The notes under the pieces were generated by a model. That model was not told the origin of the DNA. It saw only the letters and a list, made by a program, of their open reading frames with translations, and searched no databases. DNA of 41,155 bases from Microgenomates group bacterium (GTDB lineage: Bacteria > Patescibacteriota > Microgenomatia > UBA10105 > UBA927), in NCBI GenBank assembly GCA_049287205.1, contig JBAQFJ010000001.1, positions 1 to 41,155 of the forward strand. The letters run 5' to 3'. Made by a program: the position numbers and the translations under genes. Below, one piece after another: positions 12,001 through 24,000 of the stretch (positions are counted from its first letter, which is position 1; the number at the start of each line of letters is the position of its first letter).

Positions 12001-15000
12001 AGCTCCATGGGCGGACAATGGAGAACGCAGCTGATGCCGCTGAAAAGATCGAAATATATCAAGCTACCTCTCTTCGGACCATCTATACCGACCGGATTGC
12101 CGAACTGGAACGCAATGTTGCCGAGAAGAAGACGATCGATATGTCTGCTGTGGATACATCATATCTGGCATATCTTGAGGTTTCCATGCATAACGCAGAA
12201 AGCGCTGTGGAGATAACAACACATTATACAAACGGAATGAAATTCCTATTGACTCATGCGGAAACTGTACTGGAAAAACGACAAACAGCACTTGATGCAC
12301 TTGGAACATTTGAGGCTCCTGTGCGGGATCTTGTGATGCCTGCAGCCCCAGGATTTCCACAAGTATTGCTGTCTATGGTTGCACAATTGAATCCTGATAT
12401 TAGAACGATGTTGACAGAAGAACGGCGACAAAATGCTGTGTATACCGTGGCGACTGAACTTCTTAAAAAAGGAACCACAGAAGTTATCCAAGTATTGACT
12501 ATTGAAACAAGCGGCCTTGCAAAAACCATTACAAAGCAAGCAACACATGTTTTGCGCGTCAACAGAGGATCTTCAACACAGGAAGAAGAAGTGCAATCGA
12601 TATTTACAGCTGCAAAAGAACAGGCGAGTGCATTTGTAATGCTCTTTACTGCATTTTCCGCTGAACAAAAGAAAGCTATTGTGGTTGCAGTCATTGCCAA
12701 ACAACCAATCGGGGACAGTAAAACAAAACAGCTGCTTGAGACAGAACTTCGGACTGTTGCACATGATGGGCTCTCAGATATGCTCTTTACCTATTGGGTG
12801 TCGAGCATGGCTGAACAATTGCTTCCAGTAGTAAATACAGCAAAGCAAACAGGAGAAATTAAAATTATTCCAGCTGGAACGCAATCCATTGCACCGATTA
12901 CTCCTATTGCTCCAATTGTTTCCTTACCAAAACCTTCTGTGATTACACCAGCAGGTCCTACTACGGAACAAAAAGAGCGTGTGGATATGATCATTCAGGA
13001 ATATATGATCACCGTTCGAAAAGAAGCGGAAACAACAAAGAATTTGGATATGCTTACGTTTATTCCTACCGTTGTTGCAGCGATCAGCCGAGATATTACT
13101 GATGAGGGGCTTCCAGAACTTACGCTTTCACAAATAGAAGCAGTAACAGAGCAACTTACATTGGAGATACAGGCAGGTATTGCAAAACAATCTGCAGTAC
13201 CAGCATCTCCACTGGCACAGCAAAAGGCAACGATAGAAACAGAAATTGCCAGTGTGACGCAAGCGCTCCGTGCGGCAACAACTGTTGTTGAAAACTATAC
13301 AAAAAATAAAGCAATAGTCGATCAGATTAAAAAAGAGCAAGGGCAAATTCAGGGGGTTCAAAAGCAAATCACTGCTGCACTCACCGCAGTAGATGTAGAT
13401 ATACTCGCCGTGGACGATCAACTGCAACAGGCATCTGCGGAATTGAACAGATTATCTGTTCAAATAGCAAATTCATCAATTACTCCGGAAGCACAGGCAA
13501 AACGCGCGCAGGCAGTTGCTGAACAATTAGTGAATACTATGGATGCAGCACAAATACCAATTATTCAACAATGGGTTAAGACACTCAATGCTTCACAGCA
13601 ATATACAGAGGCTTCGATTCGCGAAGTACTGACAAATGATTTGCAATCTCGTTTTGCTGGCATTGAATCACTCGCGGCGGAGCTGTTATCTACGACACCT
13701 GAATTTGCAGGTGACACGGACGGTGTCAACAATTACGCGGCACAAATTGCACAAACACTTTCTGTTCAATGGTTTATCAATCGGTATACAGATTCAAAAT
13801 TCTTTACAGTAAAAACTACTGTTGATCCAACTACGGCGCGAAATAGTGTTGCCATTGGAGATGTCCATGGTGATTGGAATGCATTAGTAAAAATACTCAG
13901 TGGTCAAATGGCAAATGAAAATGGAGAACGTATCAAAAAATCACTTATTGATAGAAATGGCAATTGGATTGGTGGACCGACGGATCAGCTGATACTAACT
14001 GGAGACTTTTTTGACAGAGCCCCGGATGGGATATTAAGTTCCCAGACAGCAGAAAAATTAATGAAATTACAACAACGTGCGGGAATGATGTCTGATGGAA
14101 AAACACCAAAAATTGTGATGCTTTTGGGTAACCACGATGCAAATACAGTTGTTGCATACAATAAAATGAAAGCGCTTCTTCAATCCGGTCAAATGACAGA
14201 TGTGAAGGAGGCTGCCGACCTTGCATCAGTTTTTGCGCCAGTAAAGCCGGGCATTGCCGGTGATGATTTGTTGTATTTGTATAATCATCCGGAAGTGGTT
14301 GATTGGGCAACTCGACTTCCTGCAATGTTTGTACAGGACGGCGCATTGTATATGCATAGTGATAATCTTTCATATCTTTCTCTCGGAAGAACGGTCGATG
14401 AAGTGAATGAAAACGTAGGGAAGATTCTTCAATCTGGGCAAGCCACCATTATTGATGCGGACGGAAATACATTGGAGTTTGACCAAACAAAACTTGCGAA
14501 GAAATTGACTGACAGAGGGAAATTGTATGGTAGTAATGTTGATAAAATATTGAACCAATATGGTGTACAGACCATTGTGCACGGCCACTCGCAGGGAGAA
14601 GCCTCTCAAGATCCACGAGTGACGAATGTTGATGGCGGATTATCGGAATCATATAGCGGGCAAGCAAAAAATCGTGGAAGATTTGCATCACAACAGGTGC
14701 AAGGAAAACAAATAACCACAGTTGCTGTTTCCCCTCTAACATTACCAGTGGCAGATGTTGCAGTTGATCCGATTCCATTATCACCATCGCTTGTTAGTGC
14801 AGCAGCAACCCCAGACATACAGGCGCAACTTGCAACATATAAAACGCAAGTAGAGACGCTTGCAAAAGAAAAAGCGCAGTTATTTCAGACAAAAATAGAG
14901 CAACGTTTTCAATTGGAAGCACTAGAAAAAACGTTACAGGAAATAACTACAAAATTGAGTGGAATAGCTGTGAGTGAATCGACATATAAAACAGCAGTTG

Positions 15001-18000
15001 CATCGCAAAAAGCGCTGAAAAAACAACTTGCGGCAAACAAGAAATTGTTAGATGAGGCTACACAATTGATTGGAGCTCAACAGGAGTTGCGGGCGTATGT
15101 GGCGACCTTGCGTAAAAATAAGTTGGTAAAAATCAAAGACAGTGCAGTTATCTCCTTAGCATCGCTTTCGGACATGAGAGATTTCGTTTCCGCTCTTGGC
15201 GGGTTGGTGGCAGCGTCTATTGAAAAGCTTGTACCGACGACTGCCGATGCAATTTTTACCATAGAGGCGTTAGTAATTGATGCACTTCCTCCCGCAGGGT
15301 TGATCAATAACATTGTTGAAAGTACAACATTCGTGCAAACTATTCAGCAGGCACTGCTTAATGCAGCCGATGCACTGGATACAGAGGCACAGCGTGCAGT
15401 GTTGATTAAACAGCTGCAGGGAATTGAGATTGAAGATATCGATACCTTATCTATTCAAGAACTCCAGGATCTCGTTGACATGTTAAAAGACGATGCAGCG
15501 CAGTTGCAACAGGGGCAAGAGGCACAGATACAGCAGAAGATCCAAGAGGGTATTGATGCATTCAAGCGTATTGCAGCAGATCAAGCGGGGAGGAAAACAC
15601 TCCTTGCTGTGCCGGATGTCAATGTATTTGCGGTAAACGCAGTGGGTCAGTTAAATGTGGAACTTCAAAAGAATGCGCTTCCTGTGTTGTCTCAGTTTCA
15701 AGAGCGAGCTCTTGCACTTGAAATTGTTTCTATCGTGACAACAGTGAAAAAAGAAGAAGCTGTGGGGACAGAGGAGCAATCGTTTTATACCGAAGAAGGG
15801 GGAGATTTGGTGGAAAAGGCGACGAATAGGCGTTATCCCAATATCGAACCGTTTAGGGAAGCGGGGAAAAAGTCACCGTTAGAAGCTCCGGGACCTGTTG
15901 TTTCTGTTGGTACCTATGATCCAAACGAACGTCCGGTTCTTTTTAACTCCAATATGTTTAATTCGCTTCTTGAGAACATGCGTACACATTCGTATACCTA
16001 TGATGCAAACGGTCAACAGGTCTTTTCGAAGGAATTTGGTGCCATGTTGTTTGGTCGAGAAAAAACAGATCCGCAATCAGGCAAAACATATGTTGAAGCT
16101 GAATATTATATTCCATTTCCGGAATCCACATTGGTGGGGACTGCGGGCGATTTGAATATAACTCCTGAAGCATGGGCTGCAGTATCAAAAATCGCGGATG
16201 CAATGGAAAAACACGTTGAACCTGGTCTCATTCCATTGGGATGGATTCATACACATCCGGATCTCGGAACATTTTTGAGTCGGCAAGATCTGTTTATTCA
16301 AGGAAACTATTTTCCTGCAAAACTTGCGGTTGTGATTGATCCGAGAGAACAAAGCGATGCAACGCCTGTGGTCAGTACATTTTCAGAATTTGGCATAGGA
16401 GCAGCACAAAACAATACGCGTTTTAAAAAACATCAAGGATATTACTTGGCATCTCAGACCATGCTACCGCGAGCATTGACAGATGATGCAGTGCAGCATA
16501 TTGCTGAGATTAATACAATCATTGAGGACTTATCTGTTACACCTGCGGGGACAGGGACATCAGAACTTGATCAGGAAATAGCAAAAGAAAAAGCTGTTAT
16601 TGCTGAAAAAGAACGGTTGTATGCAGCAATCGAAGAAGAAGCAAAAGACAATGGTGTGATGCCAAAGGATATTCGAGCACGAGTGCTTGCGTTTACTGAT
16701 TGGTATTCAAAAGAAATGGGAATACCATTTTCAGAACGTAAACAAATGGATTTAGATCAACAGCTGAAAGAACATGCGCAGGCCGGTGTTTTTTCTTGGA
16801 CCAGAACTCAATTTACCGATGCAATTACTGCTATTCGTGCTGGGGGAATAACAATAGAAGATCTCCCTGCAGCTCCTGAGTCAGCAGCAGAAGGGTTTAA
16901 AGTTTTGCAAGCATATCTTGATTACTTACAGACACAATTTATTGGAGAACAGCAACTCACAGCAGATAAAATTGCCGTTTCCACTATTCTTGAACAATTT
17001 AATACTATATTTGCTGCAAAAGGACGGTTTGATGCATCTTTCATCAACGCAACAAAATTACTATTTGTTATTCCAGATTTAGTGAATGCAATTGCAGATG
17101 TACAGGCATTCAGCAAAAAACTGGATACAGAGATTCAGCGGCAAGAAACAGAAGGCCAATCTCAAGAAGCTTGGATGCAAACACTTCAAAAACAATTAGA
17201 AACGCCAGGGGTCGCAACAATACTTATCACACGAAATAACGGAGTTGTTGCACAGACCATTACAACGCCATCATCGTCATATTTTGCTGATGTTCAAGCA
17301 ATATTCTCTGCGTTGTCGACAACAGATACGATTACTGTATTTTTTACTGCCGATGATGGGTCACAATTTGCAGGAACATATCATCTGAATTGGTTCGGGA
17401 GAGTAGTACAAGTTGGAATGAATATTCCATCGTTGTCGTCTGTTACTGACAGTCGACCAGAAGGTATATTTCAACCAGTTCCTGCATATTTAACACCGCA
17501 ACAAAAAGGAGAGATCGAGGTGTTTATAGATAGTATTGAAAATGTAACAAATGAAGCGGTTCGTTCGAGAGAAAATGAACAATATGCACGTGCGTATGCA
17601 CGTTTTGAAGAGCAATTAACAGCTGCTGAAAAAGCTGCAGCACGCTCGCAAGAAGAAATTGATGCACAAGTCGCACGAAGTGCAGCACTTGAAGCAGAAA
17701 AGCTGCAGAATGCACAGACAAAATTTCTTCCTGCGGGTCCAACTGTTCAAGAGCAAATCAGTGCAAGTTTGCTTGCTGAAAATACTGAGGTAGCACAAAT
17801 GCTCCTTGATCAATTGAAAAATATATCACAAGGGAAAACGATCGACATCGTAGATCCCATAAGTGGAGAAGTGTACACCGTGTCAGATTATACAGCTCCA
17901 TTTTTGACGACTGCGATGACACAATCCTATCAAGCAGGAAAAGATAGTGCGCGCGTTGTATCAATGATGCGACCATTTATCGTTGCTCCCCAAAATGTAC

Positions 18001-21000
18001 AACCAATACTACGACCAAATACCGCTTTAGTACGGCAGCAATTACAAAAAGAACTTGCCAAAAAATTATCTGCAGCAATACAAGTGGGGATGACTGCTTA
18101 TACCAACGAACAGGGGATCAAAACAGTTCAGACTATACAGAATGCTATCAAAACATATCTTGAGACACAGATTCCTGTTAGTGCAACCGTTGATGAAACG
18201 ATACGAAATACTGTAATAGAGGAGCAGACGCAAAAGACTTTTACAGCGACACTCGCAAGCATTACGACAATACAAAAGACGAGTATTAACACAATTGACG
18301 ATGCTGTTTTGCGGGCAACCACACTTCCAGAGTTGACAGAGCTTACTAAACAACTTGCAGAAACGAGCGGTATTGTAGAAGCGTTGCAGTTAACCACGTT
18401 GCAGGAATTACTCACCATTGTTGCAGATGATATTGCGGAACAAAGAATAGCAATTGAGACAGTGGAGCAGGAAAAACGGTTGGCAGAAGCGCAGGAAGAA
18501 TTGGGTGCGGCATGGGAACAGCTGATCAGTCAGGGAGAGCAGGGGGATCAGACGACGGTATTGGAAGATGCGTTGGGTGTTGCACAAAACGCTGTCTCCA
18601 TTATTCCGGTTGCGTATGAGAATCTCGTCAACGAATTTGAATTTGGCATTATTGAAACACCGGCAGTCAAAGCGAAAAAAGCAAAACGAACAGCGGCGGT
18701 AAAAAAAGTAAAAACAACACCAGTCGTTGTCACCACTGCGCCAACTACAGAACAAATAGCGACCGCGCAAATAGTACTTGGAGCTTTTTCACCACTCCGT
18801 GATCGTGTCAACAATATATCTAATCGTCTTCCTGCTGTTTCAATAACGGAAATGCAAGACATATTTTATGATCTTACCGCAGCCATACAAGCTGTAGATC
18901 AGGCAGATATGCCGAGTGAAGAAAAACAAAAACTCTTCCCTTCATTTAGTTTGATTCGGAATGAAATAGCGACGATACAGGATCGACTGACCACACTGGA
19001 ACGGGAACAGCAGACGATTCTCTATGAGATTAGTGATGCCGATTATACGTTGTTTGCCTCTTCTACAGTAAGCATTGTTCATCAGTTGGATGTTATCGAA
19101 CTACTACGACAGGAGCTTGTAAGTGTTGTACCATTGAGTATTTCTGCTCCTGTTGTCAGTATTCCTGAGTTGACTGCTGCGGAAGAACAACCTGCGGCAA
19201 CAATTTCTGATGAGTTAGAAACACGTATCAGAGAAACACAAAAGGCAGTTATTCGGAGAATTTTTTCTGAACCGATATCAACAGCAATTGAGGTAAGTCT
19301 CAGAGCACAACTTCAAGACTTGCAGGTACAAGTTCCACAAACATCACCGCAATACACAAGTCTGCAGCAAACGATGGATTTGGTTACACAGGCCGTGCAT
19401 GAACAAACAATAAAAAGTATCGCAAAACAAGTTGCTTCTGTTACAGAAGTGTCGCAAGAACAAGCAAATGTGTTGCTTGCTCAGCTAAGCGCGATTCCTG
19501 AAGGTATTTCTCCAACTGCGGTAGCTGATCTGAAAGTGCAGATTCAAAATAAATTGCCTAAGACACCAACAGCCCCTATTGTCACAAAGTCAAAAACACC
19601 AAAACAGCTTGCTGCGGAAGCGGGTCAGGCAATGAAAAATGTACAAAAATCGGTTGCTGACGGTGCAAATTTCACAATTACTTGGAGAGCAATACAGTCT
19701 GCGTTTACTGCATCAAAAACACTGGCAAACAGCAAAGAATATAGAACAATGCTCATTGATGAAATCGTGAAGATTCAAGATATAAAGATACGGACACGAA
19801 TTATTGACAACTTACACCCCCTATTTAAGGTGCTTAAGATAAATAAGGAATGGAAAGACTTTACCTCGAATCTGCAAAAACGATTGAGTGAACTTCCTGC
19901 AGTAGAGACAAAGCCGATTGCTCCAGCAGTAAAACCTGTTGTAAAAATAACCAAACAGCAGATAACAGAAGCAAATCGGGCAGTAGAGCAAATGAAACTG
20001 GCAATTACACAAGGCGCATCTCCACAACGGGTATATACAGCCATCAAAGAAGTTTTACTTGTATCACGGTTGTTTGCAAATAATCAGGAATATAGGACTC
20101 TTGTCGGAGACGCAATACAGGAGATCCAAGATGAACATACATTACAGACAATTTTGAGTGGTCTGCACTCGTTCTTTATGGTGCAACGAATGGTGGAAGA
20201 AGGGAGTGAGCTTATTGAACGAATACAAGCGAAATTAGATACAATTGTACAAACGCAAGAGAATGAAGAGAAAGAACAGATTGCGCAATTAACTCAAGAT
20301 ACAATCGGTCTCCAAGAGACGAACGAGATAATTGCAGCGCTTGAACAGGAAATTACAAAGACACAACAAGCAATTGATCAAAATATACAAAAGTATGGAG
20401 ATGTATCTGTTATATATCAAAAAACAGTAGAAGATCTAAGTAAGACGGCAACTCCGCTTGAGGGGATATTTACTCTTGAAGCTGTCAATGTAACTGGAGA
20501 CTTTTTTGAATCGAGCGGAGATACGAAGGCGAAGGTGTTACAAAATCTGCAACTTACTAAAGATGAAACTGTCTTGGAACCGATCGGTTCTGGAGCAAAT
20601 AGGGCTGTGTATAGAATTCCTTGGAATGGAAAACAAGCTATATTGAAGATAGCCTCCTTAAAAGAACAAGCGTGGAGTGATATTGTAGAAAAGTCAGTTC
20701 TTGAACAGGATCCCGCGTTTCCAAAAGAATTATCAAAAAATCTTCTTGAGACATATGCACACGGTTCGTTTGATGTCCCATATAAAAATGGTTCACGAGC
20801 GGTCTATTACGAGATTGTTGAATCGTTGACACCGGAGGTAGATTCATCCTCTACAGAAGTAACTGCTTTTGAGCATGAATCCAGTGCATTACGTACATTT
20901 CTTGGAGAGATGAGTGACGTCACTGGTGCAAAAAATTGGGGAGTACGACCAGATGGTACACCAGTGCTTTTGGATATAACGAATTTTAATATGAGTGGGA

Positions 21001-24000
21001 TTGATGATATGTTGAGTTTTTTGAGGGTTCGAATACAAGATATACAAAAAAATGTGCAATTTTTTCAAGCCGCGAAGACGGATCCAATCCTTCAGATATT
21101 ATCCCGTATACATCGTATTGTTTCTGATGATATCAAGTTTAGTGGAGATCTCGCTATTTTGGATGCATCGTTTAAAACAAAAGAGGATTATATTGGGCAG
21201 CTTATTTCTCAAGAAATACAACCACTTTCTATAGATAGAGTGAATTTACATCTTGAAAATCAGCTGACATATAAAAATAGACCGGAAGAGTTTTATAAGA
21301 GTGTGAATGATGCTATTAACAAGCTTACTCGTTTGAAATCTGCAACAACACTGGAAGAACAGATCCGTATCGCATTTACTGATGACATCAAAGTTACGCC
21401 GGCAGGCGTGGAACAACCGGAAACTGTTGAGGTGAAAACACCAGTTGTAGATACAGCTATGGAAACTGTTAATAAAACCATCGTTCTTGCGCAAGGGTGG
21501 ATTGAAAAAATTAGATTAGGAGAGGCTGCGTATGTTGAAAATATTCCTAAATTTATCACGCGGATTCAAGAAGTGGTAGCACCATTACCCGCTGAATCAG
21601 AGGCATATGGTGCGGCACAGAAACTGATTCAAACACTTCAAGAGCTGAAAAAACAACAGACAGAAAAAAAAGAGCAGGCTCCAGAAATTCCAATAGAAAA
21701 AAAACCGTTAGTTGAAGAAATAGCTGTAGTGCCAATTATTGAAACAGTGCTTACTGAGGAAATTGCACCAATGATGACAAAGCGATTGCCTGCGGTTTGG
21801 AAGACAGTACAATCAGCAAAACAGCAGGACATTATTGCCGGACTCCAACAAATAGCAAAAGGCGCAATAGAAGATGAAGTTAATCAGTCATATGTCAGGG
21901 ATATGATTGCTGGAGCTCGGTCAAAGGCATTTGTAACGAATCGGTTATCAGCCGCTTTTGAGGATTATCTTCAACAAACACTTGTGCAAACCGGTCTCAT
22001 GACAGGTGAAATTCCACTTGCACTTCGGACAGATTTGGCAACACTCGTGATTGATCAAATTACACCATTTGTATCGACGACAGTCACTATTTCGAAGCCT
22101 GAATCGACAACGACAAAATCGAAAATGACAACACCAGTCGCAACTGTCAATACAACCGTGGTAAAACAACAAATTGCAGATCAAGTGCGAGAACAGATTG
22201 ACGGTCTACTACCAAATCTTATTGTTGAACGTGCGGAGCGAAATGCAGTTGAGGAATCAATACAACGTCTGCAACAAGCAGGGGGAGACGTGGGAGCAGC
22301 GATTAAGAAAAATAAAGAGGCAATAACCAATGTAACATTGCAAGAATTGCTTCGAACGCATGAATTTACACCGGAATCTGTTCTGTCTTTGCAAGGAGCT
22401 ATATATCAAAAACAATCAAAAGGTGCGCTTTCTGTATCAAATATCGCTTGGCAACTTGATCCGGAACAAAAAACAATTGTCACGATTCATCACACAGACG
22501 GAGTTGTTGATCAGGTAAGTATAAAATCAAGTGCAATGACGCAAAAAACACTGCTTGCCTATATGCGACCCCTCGACAGTGCAGTATTTACCACAGCCGC
22601 CGGAGAAAAAATTGTGATTACGCTGACACGACAAGGCGGAAAGACCATTGACGGAAATATGCAAACACCGGCAGTGTGGCAACAATACAGTTCTGTTTCA
22701 TCACCTACAATGATTGTTTCCGGTTCAACAGCAGATACGCCGGTGTATCGAGTTTCCGCAATGGCTATCGAAACTGGAGATAAAGCAGTTTCCCTTGTTG
22801 GTGATGTAATAAAAACAACGGCAAAAGCAGCAGGTTCAGTCCTTCCTAAAAAAGCCACATCTTTAGTTGGTGATGTGCGCGCCATGATCCCGCAGGATGT
22901 GCCGTATGTTGTACGAAAAGCAGTAGGAGATGCACTTACACAGGAATTTGCGGCACAAAATATTACAACGTATGAAACTGCCGCCGCATTTTTAGCAAAC
23001 GGGACAATCTCACAAACCATGCAAACGACGTTTGCCGCATTACAAGAGCTGACAGCGAATGCAACGGAATGGTATCAGGCAGCAGGTATGGTAATGACAC
23101 ATATGTCTGAATTACAATGGGATCCAAAATTTACCGTTGTAACCCGACAAACAACGGCAAGTATTCTGGCTGGAAAAATTGCTGATGCTACACGTATGCA
23201 TGCATTGGTTGCAGGAAAAACCTCTCTTGCTTCTCAAAGTGAGATTATATTGTTAACCGGCAGAATACTCACGATGTATGCCGCGGGAACAAATGGAATA
23301 AAACTTTCTTCGAAAGAGACAAAAGCAGTAATAAATGCATTACAGCAACCTATAAGTGTATATATCACTGCTGTATTGGAGAATCAAATTGCGACAAGCA
23401 CGCTGTTTCCGGCTGAACAACCAGCGTTACAAAGCGCAGCAACAGAAGAGGTGAAGCAATTGATAGAGGAGGAAACAGTACAGGCACCAGTAAGAGAATT
23501 AACTCCATCAGAAGTGAAAAACCTCCTCCAAACAGCGCCAATGATCGAAGAAATACGAACTGACATTGCATGGAGATTATCAAAGAATGCTGCACTATCG
23601 TCATTAACCACCATGGACGCGCTCCTTGTTGCCAACGGGCAGGTTGAACAACTGATACAAGCATCTATTGGAGAGATTGTGCAGGAAGCATACAGCGATG
23701 CAGGTGTAACCGGTGTGTTTAACCCACAGGAAAAAAATAACCAAGTGATTACCGACGTTGTGCATCAAACAACGCAGCAAGCGATGAGTGTATTAACACG
23801 TCTTATTCGAGGTGACATCGCATATCAAGGTATACAGCCTGCGGTAGAGGAAGCAGTTCGGCAGAGTGAGGAAACAACACGTGCGTATGTCTCATGGAAT
23901 CAGGTAAAAGAATTTTTGGATAAGACAACACATGTATTACAGGAACCGAATACGTATTTCTCCGGAGAAAGCCTTACATATATTGCACAACTTCTTTATA

